A stretch of DNA of 64,000 bases from Oculina patagonica (taxonomy: Eukaryota). Made by a program: the position numbers and the translations under genes. Below the pieces are notes generated by a model, which was not told the DNA's origin, searched no databases, and saw nothing but the letters and a program-made list of their open reading frames with translations. The number at the start of each line of letters is the position of its first letter. Within the stretch, counting starts at the first letter, position 1. The stretch lies in contig NC_135762.1 of NCBI RefSeq assembly GCF_052425735.1, forward strand, positions 12,834,001 through 12,898,000, read 5' to 3'. Of the stretch, positions 25,084 to 39,200 are shown piece by piece.

Positions 25084-28000
25084 ATGAAGGCTATTGACAC
25101 ATTCTTCAAGAGGAGACCCGTGAGGCTACAAGAAGCTGGGTCAGCTGAAACTAAAATCAAGTCCAGTCATGATGCAACCAAGGTTAGTTTGGTTATTGGT
25201 GGGTTGTCAAATTCGTTTGTGACTCAAACTAAGATTTTTAATCCATCAACATGTCTGAATACATGTATTCTTGCTAATGTTCAATCATTGGAAAGATAAA
25301 TACATGTACCAGAAATTGATCTTGAGATGTGGTCCTCTCAGGTTTTAATATAAATGTATTCTAAAAACAAACTTGCACAAGTTCTGCTAGTGTAATTTGA
25401 TGTATTTTACTTTTAGGATTTTGCAGCTAAATTCACTGACCTGGACAAGCTGTACTTGGCTTTGGCTGAAGTTGGTAAAGGTTACCACTTTGGTACATTT
25501 TGCTACAGTCTCAACATTACCAGCTTGAGTGCTTTAGAGAATTATAATAGTAAAGACAGCACCGTATTGGTTCCTGATGAAATCGATAGGATAAAAAAGA
25601 AACTTAAAAGATCACGCTTCAATTTTGAAGACCTTGCTCAGGTAGGTACCAAATGAATGCAAAATAAATGTGTGATCACATGTGTAATCACACATTACTT
25701 TTTGCATAGGAACTGTAGGTGAACAAGTAAAAAGATCATTATATTTAGTTAATACCAAGGCAAAGTACATGTACTTTTTACATAACGATGCTTATCCTCG
25801 GTGTAAAGACCAGTGACCTAAAACAAAGGACTACTAAGACAACAAAGAACCTTGAAACAATATAGATCAGGGAAACGGAAGCTCCAAAACAAAGAAAAAA
25901 TTTACAAGTTCTTTTTACATAGTTAAACCCCATAATTATTGTGCATTAATTTCAATCACATGCAATCAACTGAGGCGCAAAGAATGATTTGGCTCAATAT
26001 TGTCTACCAAAAATATTCCTGTGGCCATTTTCTTCCTAAGGGTACCTACATGTATTACTTTCCTTTTGGAAGTTGACGAGAAGTCTTTGGACGATTTCCA
26101 ACTTGACTCGAAGTTTTCCGAAGAATTCCGAAGTTGACTCAACACTTACGAAGATTTCCAAAGGTGATCCAAGACTTGTTGAGTTGAAACAAATTCTTCC
26201 GAAGATTTCCCCGGGTTGGCCTGAAAACTAAGCAAGGTTTTTGGAGTTTACTCGAAGTATTCTAAAGACGAACTAAGAAGCAGTAACATTTACTGTTCCA
26301 AACGGTCTTGAATGATATAAAGTATGGCTATATATTTGTAATTTTGTTGAGTATACTGTATTAAAAAAATCTCACGACCTTCTCTAACAATTCGTGATTA
26401 ATAGGTATGAGTGATGTTGTGAAAGTTCTCAAGATTACACGAGCCTTTGCACAATTAATTTCAAACACGACAGCTATAATCATTTCTTCAGCACACGGTA
26501 CATTACTTCTCAGTCGTTTTCTGATTCGTGGAGGCATCGAGGTCGAATTGTAAGGGCGCTGGGCTTGAAATTTAGAGATCATGGGATAAATTATGTTTTG
26601 TCCAGTTAGTTGGTGTTGTTCTCGGTAGTCCTTGTATCACCCATAAATGTAATAAAAACCATAAATGTAATACCAACCATAAATGTAATAAAAATGGACC
26701 ATAAATGTAATACTAACCATAAATGTAATAACTTTTAACCACAAATGTAATAAATCCACTAACCATAAATGTAATGAAATTTGCCCATAAATGTAATAAA
26801 CTGAACAACCATAAATGTAATAAGGCTTAACCATAAATGTAATAAACTGGCTACGACTTCCAAGTAAGGGGCCACAAGTGATAATATAAATGAGACAGGC
26901 CTAACGCGACTCCCGCTGGTTGCTGAATGTTACCCTTCGATCTGTAAACGGAGGATTTAATTAACGCTCTCTTGAGCCATTTCAATGATGAACTTTATGC
27001 CATTGTGTTTGCTAGCTCTGTGGCATATTCGTTAGGTTTATTGGCTCCTGTTTGTTCAGAGATTCTTAATAGCCTTTAAAGGAATGTTGTAGTCTACAGT
27101 AGCATCGGATCAGTAGATTTCTAACTGTCAACAGTGGCAGTTAGTTCGTATGATAACGTTTCGTTACCACGGTTGTGAGGGTCTAAGATCCGATTCTTTT
27201 AAAGGCTTATGCAGTCTCTAAGCATTGCGAGCGATGGTTTCTTTGATGTTAAGCTCCCCTTAGTTTGAGTGGTTGTGATTTGTGCTCTGGGAGCTATAAC
27301 ACTTTACCTCCATTGTTTTTTATCTGTTTTGTTGGTTACTTGCATCCAGCAAATAAATTCAATCTATAGCAGTTTAATCACTGCATTTGAAGTCTCTAGG
27401 ATGCTGCAACGATGTCTCTTGGCAAATGCTTTATCTTAAGCAAGACTCGAGTTTCGGTCCTTCAGTGGACCTCATCAGTTGCTCCTTTATGTTGAAGTCT
27501 CATCGAATGATTTGAAATCATTCGATTTGCCTTTTTTGTACTTATGTATCTGCAGGATCGAAAATTCTGTTTTTTGATTGGCCCACTTAACTGGACCAAT
27601 TGTGTTAATGTAGTTTCGATCCGTGCTTAAGTGTGTTTGTTTAGAAGGCTTTTTTTTTTTCGTATTTTTGACCGTTAAAGGTCAGTTCTGATGCTAAAAA
27701 GTGGTTCTTATTTAGCCGTGCGAGAGTAATGTTCCAGTTAATGAAGAAAGGCTTCATTTGGTATATAATGCACAGCGTTCGTTTGACTATAGCATAGATT
27801 TTTTGCGATCAAGATAATCTCGTGCAACACAGCGGAACGGAGCACTGTCAAAAAAAGGTCACAAGCGATAATATAAAATGAGACAGGCCTAACGCGACTC
27901 TCGCTGGTTGCTGAATGTTTGTTTCTTAAAGGGGTCACAAAGAGCTTGAGCCAGGCCTTTAGGGGTATAATCGAATAGTCAATTTCTCGAAAAGTTTGTG

Positions 28001-30250
28001 GCCCCTTACTTGGAAGTCGTAGCCAGTTTATTACATTTATGGTTAAGCCTTATTACATTTATGGTTGTTCAGTTTATTACATTTATGGGCAAATTTCATT
28101 ACATTTATGGTTAGTGGATTTATTACATTTGTGGTTAAAAGTTATTACATTTATGGTTAGTATTACATTTATGGTCAATTTTTATTACATTTATGGTTGG
28201 TATTACATTTATGGTTTTTATTACATTTATGGGTGATACAGTTGTTTTAATTTCTTTTTTTTTTTTTTCATTTTTTTTTTTATTGCAACACAAAGAACAC
28301 TACTTACAAAACAAAAACATACACTAGTTACAATACTACTTACAAAACAATACTTAAACTACACTACTTACTATACAATACTTTCATAAACTACAGTTTT
28401 TTCACTACTTTTATACAGGTTTTTTTGTACATTATTTGCTTTATAATACAAGCTTACACATTAGTAACAATACACAACAATACAGAAATAACAAAAATAT
28501 CCTGAGTTTAATTCCTAGTTCCGTTTTACACACTGTCAGGAGGGGCAGACCAGTTAAAATTGGTCTGCCTCCTGACAGTTGGAACATTTACCATGTTTAG
28601 ATTATTTACATTATGTGTTTCTGTCAATGTTTGTGTATGAATGTTGGTCCTGAAAAGTCCCATTCGGGGAGTGGTCAATTAAGATATAGTATTTCAAAAA
28701 TAGATGAGAACTTTAAATGAAGCGAGCCAAATGTGTAGAAAAGAAGTGAGAAAGTAATGGTCTCTCATTTTATCTTTTTCAGAAATACAAGCAAACTAAT
28801 ATTGTTAAAGAGTGTAAAGTCAAACGCATACCAATGATCCCAAAGAAAGATGTAACTGTGACGAGGAACATAGCACTAGGAGAAAACCCAGCGACAGGAT
28901 ATGTGTGTGAAGCCCAGTGGACTAAACCTGATGACACTAAGGTTGGTCTCTACAGTCATTTTGCACTTGAATAGCATTATTTGTTTGCATTTGTTTTATT
29001 TGTTTTTTTTTTTATTTTCAGGAAAAAGTGTGTCTTAGATATGAAGTAGGTGATAGAGAAGAATTCCTACATGAGGCAGAAATGGCAAATCTACTTTGTC
29101 ACCAAAACGTCCTTGCTATCCATGGCGTGGTCATTGCCAGTTCGTATGCACCTATGTTGGCTTTAGTAAGTTATTAATTAAGCTACTTGTTAACCTCGCC
29201 TTCATTCCTTATCTCCGTTAGTGGAGTCATTAATTAATCACTTGGAAGAATTGTCATGATAGAATTAGAATGTATGACTTCGGTCATATTATCGAATGCC
29301 GGAATACCTGGAACAAGTCAAGAAGAAACATTGTTAACAGTAGAGGGTGGATATGCTTGCGTATGGTGGGATTTTCTGAAAAACGTTGCTCGGGTTTAAG
29401 ATTTAATGTAATAACGTCAACTTTAACTTCAGTTCCTGCACAAAATGCACCAGATTACAGCTTTTTCCACTTAATAGATTATTTGCAACAAATTTGGGAT
29501 GTGTGCTTCGGTTCTTGCATTTCATCCTTATTCTTGACTTTTTGTGGGCTCGTTTTTTTTTAGACTATTTTGCTTGTTAAAGTAAAATAGTAAGAATAAA
29601 CTCTCAAGGGAATGTTTTAATTTCTCAAGGGAATACTTTTCGCTGTTGGTGATAAAAACGTTACTCAAAGGAATGCGAACACTTCCGATCCCGAACTATT
29701 ATCTATTGAAAGCGAGATGTATAAATAAAGTTCGTTTTTTCTTGTTTGAGGAATCATTGTTTATAATAATTTCCCTATGTTGTTACCCACAATTATTTCC
29801 CCTTTTTACGTCTTCTTATATTTCTTTCCATGTTTCACGCAAAATAGTTGGTAGATCTCCAATAGATCTTTGAACATGGGATCACGGAAGTAATAAAAGC
29901 TCAAGCGCAGTTTTAGGTACTTGATGGTAAACAGCCTGTGAACAAGATCTTTAGCTCACTCAGGTCGCATCATTACTTTTCGAGCTTAACCTCCAAGGAA
30001 ATTTTTCATAGAATGAAATAAATATGAAGGTAGCTACATGTCACACATTAACAAAGGAAGCGATTATAGCCATCAAATGAAAGTATAATAACTACGTCAA
30101 AGGCGATAAAAAGTAAATAAGTATCGCTAAATAAGTAAGTATATATTGCTTTTGTGTATGGAACTAATTGTGACATCATAGAGATAAATGAATCTTTATT
30201 CAATCAATCAATCAGTCAATCAATCGATTGATTCATCCATCCATCCATCC

Positions 30251-30290
<40 letters not shown>

Positions 30291-33200
30291 ATGAATCGAT
30301 GGTGTGAATCGATAAATCACCGGATCCTCATTTGTCCCAGTAATATTACAGAGGTTCTATATTGTCCCATATGAATTGAGAACTCCCAACAAACCCGTTC
30401 GGGCTCTCAATTTTTGCCCATTCAGCTTAAATAACTGCATGCATGGTGTATGTTCTTTTTCTTCATTGTCAAGGTGGTGGAGTTTGCGAAGCATGGACAT
30501 GTTATAGAATTAGAGCAACATCACACTGTTGAAAGACTATGGAAATATACAATCCAAGCTGCTACTGCTTTGGAACACCTAGAACAGAAGAAAGTCATTC
30601 ACAAGTCCGTCGAAGGGTTTAACTGGTTCGTTGTTGCAGATTACCAGGTAAGTTCAACTTGAGATCTGTTTCGTAGACTCACCATGTTGTTTGCCGCCGG
30701 TAAAACACAACAGTCGGTACCCAGCCGGTAAGATGAGTCAAAATAGAAATGACGAGTAAAAACGTACACCGATACTAGGTACTTCAGTAAAATAAGGTCC
30801 ATTAAGAGATCAGTTATCTCATTTTTCTTTTTTCCAAAATGCTGTCTTTCTACCGATTTTTTCATCATTCGTACAGAGCCTGTTATACCGGTTTTGTGGA
30901 GTTCAAATTTGGTGAGATATTTGCAGTCAGTTCGCGCGTCATTTGTACTTTCTGAAGCAGAATTGAACAACAACAACAACAACAGTAATGATAATTTCGT
31001 GCAAAGGAACTTTAAAGTGACGTTCATGAAATGTAACTTGCGTTCCTAAAATGCAAAAAGGTATAATCTGAAATTTTATTATCTTTTTATCGCCAGTTGA
31101 AGCTTGGAGGCCTTGCATATTGTGGATTTGAGAGTCAAGTGTTAGTATGTCGTTTTTTTATTTATTTTATGTATTTATTTATTGTTTTTTTATGTTGATG
31201 ATACATTGTACATGTAATCTTGATGCCAGCGCCCACGCGGGTATGTCTGCCAACCTTTACTATCTCTCCTGGCCTTGTGCCACAGCTAATTCTTTTATCG
31301 AATGTTGGTTTTTCTAGCTTGGTTTATTTTATCTGGGTATGAATCTTAGCCCTTGCCCAACTCTCTTGTCATTCTCATCTCTGCTAGTGAACTGATTTGC
31401 GCCAAGATTGAGTGAGCGACTTGACTTGGGTAATTTCTATTTTAGTCAAATTTATGTGAGATGAACACTGAACTGTTAAATCGAGGGACGTTCTTTCCTG
31501 TTACGTAGCGCTGTTTCTTGAGCATTTAGGTCACTTAAAGGAAATCGCTAGCCGGCTTAAGTATTGCTACAACCAACAGCGATCAACCTTTTGAAACTGT
31601 GCTGGCGTTGATGCTGTTGTGATGACTTTGCTTGCTAGATTTTGAAAAAAAGCCAACATGGCGGCACGTTCTGCAATTGGGCTCCTCAACATGTAATTTT
31701 TTACCAGTTATCGACGAGTTTGAAGAAGGTCATGATGCCTACCTGGCAACTAATGATATTCGCCCCACAATGACTGAAACTCTGAAGAATTACTAGCGCC
31801 AGAAGAGGCCACTGGTCAACGAATATTTGCCTTCAGAGTGAAGTAATTATGTGATGCTATTTGTTCACTGGGCTGCTTGGGGCCGAGTTCTAGCATAGTG
31901 TGCAATACTGCAATACAAATTACAGAGTGTCGAAGATAGGAGGAGCCAAGTCCCTTTTTTAGTACACCTTGGTGTTTAACTTTGCAGGGGAAACCAAGAT
32001 GCCCATTACATGAAGAAGGTCGTGGTTTACCAGTTTGCCAAACTATTTGCTGGCACATTTGCCAATTATTTACGACAGCGTGCAGACGTTTCATCAATTC
32101 GGGTGAGTTATGATTGTGATGTTTATGATTACGATGTCGATGATGATGATTATGATTTATTATTTTATTAATCATATCTATAACAAATTTCTCGATTTTG
32201 ATTGGTTCTACGCACACCTACTTGTCGTGTAATTGGCGCGTGATCATGTCAGTATCCAATTACAGGTATCTAATTTGAACAACTTCAAATTAGATACCTG
32301 TAATTGGACAGCTACGCCATTCGCTCGTCAATCACGCGCATATAAATGGTTCTTTCTTGCCATTTTCCCACTGTTTGTACAACCAGTTGACTTTACCATT
32401 GCCTTTTTCACACTTAAAAATAGTCTCAAAGACTTCCTAACCTCGAATTTTGTTATTTATACGATTAATTAGTAATTGGACCTCGTGTCGTGTAATTCAG
32501 AGAGTAATCGTGCTCGTAATTTCAAATCGACCTCGCGCGCTCGGCCGATTTTAAAATTACTCGCCCGATTACTCCCTGAATTATACTCCACTCCGTTCAA
32601 TTACTTTTACTTATTTTTGCATATATCAATGCTGGGTGTTCCCCTTGCAAACGCGTTATGTCGCAAACAGAATGGGTTTTGGTAAGAATCCTGGTAACGT
32701 GCTTGCTGTGTGTGAAAACAAAAATTAATCAATAATATTCTGTGGATAGCCCTACGAAGAATGTAGGGGACCGCGTAAGCAAACTGAAGAAGGTCAAGAC
32801 CATATCGCAAATTTCTGTTCTTCACCTTCTAAAGAAAATTATGCACGAGGTAAAAAAAAGCAATGTTCGTAACCAGAACGATCATACAAAACAACTCTTT
32901 GTTTGCTTGAAGAAACGGAGATCAATAAATCTTTCATTTGAGCTAAATGACAACCTCTAACACATCTTTTATCGTTTTTTATTTCATATTTTATAAAAAA
33001 GAGACATGTTTGTAAATGGCAAATGAGTTTGTAGCAATAAGTACGTCCTCCCTCCCGCACGCACACACACACACACATGCGCGACCAAAATGATTTCAGT
33101 AACTACTGCCAATCCACGGAGAGGATTCGTATTGACGTTTTTTAGTGTTCTGAAGGGATTGTTAGAAGATAATTGATGTAATAAAAGGTCATAGAAATCC

Positions 33201-36200
33201 ATTGGCCACATGAAGAGATACGTTATCGCAGATTGAGCATGTTATATTTTTCGCTCGTTCGAAACTCATTCATTTTCACTTGCTCTTTCTTTTAGGCAGC
33301 TTCAAAATCACAAGATGAAGTACCGGTTTTTGGTTCCCTTTGTCCTACGCATTTTTACGACGTATTCAGGCGTTGTTTGCAAATGAATCCAGATGAAAGG
33401 CCCTCGTTTTCGGAAATCAGGCGATCTCTTGTTGCAGAGGTAAAATTGCTTTTATGTTATCATTAAGATTTATGGTGTCAACGCTAAATGTATATATCTG
33501 AACGAATTCGCAGCAACCTGGCCGCAAAGTTTTCGCTTGCGAGTTCAAGCCCATCTAGCAGCCTTAACTTGTTGGGAAGGGGGGGGGGGGGGGGGGGGAG
33601 AGGGGGAGGGGGTGCTTAATGTCAGGAATGGTGTGGTGGTCTTGCCCTGGGTCTGGAGTATCCGCTGGTGCCTAGCCGTCAAAAGCTGGGGAAAAGGGAA
33701 GATGCCACTTTAGACTACTGGACCTAGCTAGGCTTGGGCTTGGGCTCTATTGAGCATGTCTGTGTTAATTTTGAATGCCTTGTGTTGATTGTGAATATTT
33801 TGAATAACATTGCTAGGGGGTTCCCTGTATAGAAGTCACCCTGCTGTTGTAGCAGGTGTTACCTGGGCTCATGACGTCCCAATCTCTAGCCAGAGGGGAA
33901 GTCAAAGGACTTGTAGCAGTCTGGAGTATTTTGGGAGATGGGTGTCCAGGTTCTTGAAATATTACTCAGATATATATTGCTAATAACAACACGTACGAAG
34001 GAGTCATTTACCGGTTAACCCAGTACAAAACAGAGTAAGGCTCGCTGCGGTATAAGGAGAGGGAAAATAGGCTCTCAACTCTTAAAATCCACAAGTTAAG
34101 AGACTGGAATTGTGCAGAATGGTTTTTGCGTATTTGTTGCCAAATGGTAGGGAAAGTCTTCAGAAATACGTCCTGAAATAAAACAACAACAACAAAAGTA
34201 CACCTTTATGTTCCCTTTAGTGTCTGGGTCCGATTGCTTAAAGTATCTTAAGATTAAGTTGGATTAGCCTGTGTACAGCCGTCACGCTCCCCTTAAAAAA
34301 ATTCTCTTTCGCGATTATTTTGAGTGAAGGGGAATTTGGTGCAACCATTCCCTGTGTTCCCCAAGGTCGCCTTGCACACTATTGGGAATAAATCAGCCAA
34401 AGGTGGATTGAAGTGTATGGGAAACAATGCTGAAAAAATCATTAGAAACCCCGAGATCAGTTGAGTACAGAAAAGTATCATACAATTTAAGTCTGTTGTC
34501 AGAAACCATTTTTGGAGGAAGGTAACGTTACATAACGTAATGAATTTATTGTCAATGGCTGGTTTTGCGTCTTATTCAAGAGTAATCGAAATTTAATAAA
34601 GTAGTGTGTTCAGCCTCAGTTATTCTAGTGTTCCTTTTATAACAGGAGCAACCTTTGAAAGTGAGGGTTGTTAGCAGCTTCAGTGCCGCGTCAGAAGGGT
34701 TTCTAAGCTGTGATGCTGGAGAGCTTATAACTGTTATCTCCAAGGACCGTCATAGGTACGTTATGAAAGAATGATTGTTAAGAAAGTATGACTACGTATC
34801 GCGGAATATTATATAAACGCTTCATAGTCTCAGTGGACACTTAAGGACGCCTAAGGAGGGAAAAGTGGCGAAAGATAAAAGTTTTTTTCCGCGTGTATCG
34901 CAAGGATTTCACACGGCATTACATGTACTGCATGGTGATTGGCTTACGCAGACGGTATTTTTAGTGCAGAATGCACTATTGTGATGGTTTGGTGGGCTGT
35001 CGTCTGCTAAACCCCTAAAGCTTTAAAGCGCTAAAGCACTATAGTGTAAACTTTTGATCGCCAATTAATTAATTAATGTCAACTAATTAATTATTCCTTG
35101 TGGAGGGGGTGGCGGTGGGGAGCACCTGACCATACACCCCAGGTAAACTCGTGGAACATATCTACGTTACTTTCATATGAAGATTTCAAGGGTATATATT
35201 TGTTTCAGAAAACTCTTTGTTCTCTTTGTGGTGCTATTTTTTCTAGAGGAAAGTACTTTGCGCCAAACGCATGCGCAGATTAGTCTATTTACGATACTTA
35301 TAATTGAAGAGCTCAAAGGTCTATATTTGTTTAGAAAGCACTATACTCTCCTTGTGGTACTATTTTTTCTGGAACAAAATACTTTGGCTAAACGCATGCT
35401 CAGATTAATATGCGTCACGAACATCGCATGTTTCTTCCTGCGGAAGGATTCCTGTGGACTCAGTGGCGCAAAGTAAAAACCGCAAATTAATTGAATTAGA
35501 CACTAATGCGCTTACGGCAGTTCATGTGAAATAATTCTTGATATGGCAACGCTGTGATCTAGCATCTACAGTGTAGTATGATTCAGAAAAACCATTTCTT
35601 GCATTAATCGATAATATCTGATCTGTGTTTTAATCGATGTTGCCCTGTTTGCAGAAAATAAATCAGGTTACCATGTCAACACGCTACGTACGTTTTTGAC
35701 AAAAACAAAAGAATCATGTTACACATGTTTTCTACAAAAACAAAAGTATCATGTTACAAAAGTATCTCGTTTGCTGTTTCAATATCAAACTGAAATTCAA
35801 ACTAACGAAAATTAAAGTATCAGGGACGTGTTTAGAAATCTTGTATCAAATCCTCACGATGTGTGCTTTTCAATGCGGTAGGATTCTTGTAGAATCCGCG
35901 GCATTAATTTAATTAGACTTTTAGGCATCACAGCGGTCTAAGTGAAAAACAAAAGTATGATGTTACATCCGTCACTTCCTTTCCTTTGATTTGTTCTCCA
36001 TCGCTTAAACTAACTTCTATATTATTTTGTAAAACCTTTGCCTGAGAGGGGCTTCGTGTGGAAGCGAGACAACTCTCTAGTGTTCGAACACGCTTTCGTG
36101 ATGGTTCCGACATTTCTTGAAAGAAATCTTCACACTTCGTGCTTCTCAGCTTCGTGCTTGAGTAAGCATGTGACATGTTCACCAGACCGTGGTGAGAGCA

Positions 36201-39200
36201 TGACCTGGCGCACAACATGCTTTAGCGACAATTTCGGAGAAAAGCCGCAATTTCGAACATTTTATGCTTTGTAATTCATAATTTGTGCTCTGCTCGTTGA
36301 TTTGCCATATTGCATTCTGCACTTCCCTTTGAGTCTCTGAGTTATTTAAGTTCACGTCGTCTTGGTTGAAATAAACATCACTTTTCCTCACTGGACACCG
36401 AGTCTCAAAGTTGTTGTGTACCAAATCCAATAACATCAGCTACTCTGCAAGATCGATTGGACACTGTTTACGACTTTCGTTTTAGGATTTCGGAATTCTG
36501 GGCGTCGGCAAGCAACTCAGACGATTAAAATTCAGTCCTTTTGAGTATTATCTGTCAAGAAAACGTTTTCAGTGAATTGCACTAATTATATGCCCTTTTG
36601 CTGTATTAGCACGGTAAGATTCTTTTCGGTATGCTTCGCGGTCATGGTTCGCAGGCGCATACGCTCTACGACGTAAGGTAAAGGTTAATGTAGGTTTACA
36701 TCTTGGATATTGGACATCCATACTATGGTCAAAACAAGAAATACGCTGACCAGTATCATATAGCCATATAGTCAATCTCATATAGTCACGGGCTCAGGTG
36801 TGAAACTCATCGAAGTTGCGTGTTTTTGAAGTTGACCGTTGACCAGGTAATGGTTTTCCATTGGATCGCTGGCTCAAGCCGATTCGCTCAAGTTCGTTTC
36901 GTTTAAGTCGGGCAACGTAAATAATCTGAGAGCTCCGCTTTTAGCCTTGGCTTAATCTATTTAATACTCTGTTGTCCTATTCCCATTAATGTACGGTACT
37001 TAATGTACAAGCAAAGGATCACGTCGATGAAATGACACAAGATTGGTCAATTTCTGATATACTTACTTGCAGGGATGACAAGAATGCCTGGTTTGGTGAA
37101 ACAGAAGACCGAAAAATTGGATTTTTCAAGAGCGAGCATGTAGAGGAACTACTGGACGAGAATATTGATGGTAGGTGCAGGGCAATAGAGTACCTTTTCT
37201 CTCGAGATGGTTAAAACTGCACTGTTAAGTTTTTACGACCAGGTAAATATCCTTAATTATTTTGGTTTTCAGATACAGCTATACCACCAGAGATTCGTGC
37301 ACGAGGCCCCAGAGCCGAACTTGCTTTTCAAAATGCCCTGCGGAATGGAAAAGTGAACGTGTACCGTGGTCGCATTATGTTTCTTGGGCAGGCCCGTGCA
37401 GGGAAAACGAGCCTGAAGAAATCACTTCTTGGCATCCCGTTCAACCCTGAAGAAGAGAGTACCGTAGGAGTCGAAGTTGACCCATCCAAGTGTGAAGTGG
37501 ATGTTGAACAAGTTAGCAACTGGCAGCGCACGAAACAAAGGAAGCTTGATGTCTCTGAGTTTGCTGACGACATAGCAAGGATAATCGCTAAAGACTTAAC
37601 AGAAACAAGTTTAGTCGAAAAAAGCATCGATGACGCTGATTCGAACTTGGAGCAGGTAATAAGTTAGCTTCTAATGCCACTTTTAAACTCCATGGAAACA
37701 GTTTTTAACCTCATTCAGACAGGTATTTTTATGGGGGGGGAAGGGCTTTTTCACAACCAGGGGGTCAGGCGATTTTTGCCCACCACATGTACGTACCTCT
37801 ATGGGTATTGAAGCTATGATGATAGGGGTGTATAGTATCTCCAAAACAAACTGGTCGGTTGACATGATGACGTTTTGATGTCGTCATGGCTTTTGAACAG
37901 CCGCCATCTTGGACGGCATGCAAATCTGATGTTCTTGACTTTTTGAAATTAGAAAACGACTTAAAGTAAGACAAATTTGGAGAACATGCCTGTTAAAACG
38001 TAATTTTTTTGATAATATCAAGTTCGGTTTAAAAGATAATGTCAAAAGTACACTTGTAAGGTCTTTTAATACAAAAAAAGGTTTACACTCCTTATAAAAG
38101 CGTGAACACTAAAAAATATGTCTGGAATGTTTGTGTTTAGCCAATCACATGCGAGAACTTCAGACCGCAGAAACCACAAACAGTAAATGGGTTTCCATCG
38201 GTCACGGAGCAACTTTAGTTCTTATTTTGTTTCAGGATACACGCTCTGTCTTTTTTAAGAATTTAAAGAACTGCTATTCTTTCGTATCGAGGGCCACATC
38301 CAGAACATGGTTTCAGGGATTTTTGAAAGAAAAAAAGGACGGTTTCTCTAGCGACGATATACGACATGGTTTAGTGCATGCAGTATGTTGTAGACATGTC
38401 TAGACATAAGATGTAAACGCGATAAACCGAATATAAAATACAAAATTGTGGAGTTTTCGTTACTGATTGTAAATCTTTTCGGTAGAACAAGGGATTCGAT
38501 TTATTTCGGCAAACGATTTCAACCCTTAGGCAATTAGAGGTTCCGTGATCGTAAGACTGCAAACTGCAAAGGCTCCAACGAAAATTATTCAAAATGTTGG
38601 CGTGATTGGTGCAAAATAAACACCTCAATCGCTCAATCGTTTGATTTTCGCTTTTCCTTCCCGCTATCGTTTCGCTGTTATCGAAAAAACAAACCTTCCT
38701 TCTATCAGTGTTTAGGTCTGCTACAATAGTTGGGGTGAGATAAAAACCGGAAAATGCAAGCTTATCTCAGTACAAATTGTAACATGCCATCAGGCGAACG
38801 GTAACTGCAGATACGAATTCGTTACAATTTTTGAAAATTGGCGGCAACTGGGGCAAATCGTAGCGTCGGGCGCATCGGTTTTTCAATTTTTTCTATAAAA
38901 AAATCACTCAAACCTATTCTTCAGTGGAGCAGTGAATGTTCTCAAAAAGGAAGGAATTACAATTAGTGTGTTTACTTGTAAATTGGAGCGAAACGAGAAC
39001 CAAATATTGTTCCGTGACCGATGGAAACCCATGTGGTTTCTGCGGTCTGAAGTTCTCGCATGTGATTGGTTAAAAGACAAAGAACATTCCAGACATATTT
39101 TAAGTGTTCACGGTTTAATAAGAAGCGGTGTAAATGAGCAACACGTTCTGTAACAGTTTTGCTTATTGTCTCTTTTACTTCCTATATTTCCAATTAGGGG

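Noticed and set aside
26633-26850. Regularly spaced 13-14-bp repeats resembling a CRISPR array
   Set aside because: The spacers are only ~4-12 bp, the array is mirrored as a TIR, the context is a eukaryotic intron and there are no cas genes. The 65-aa YYIYG ORFs are by-products.
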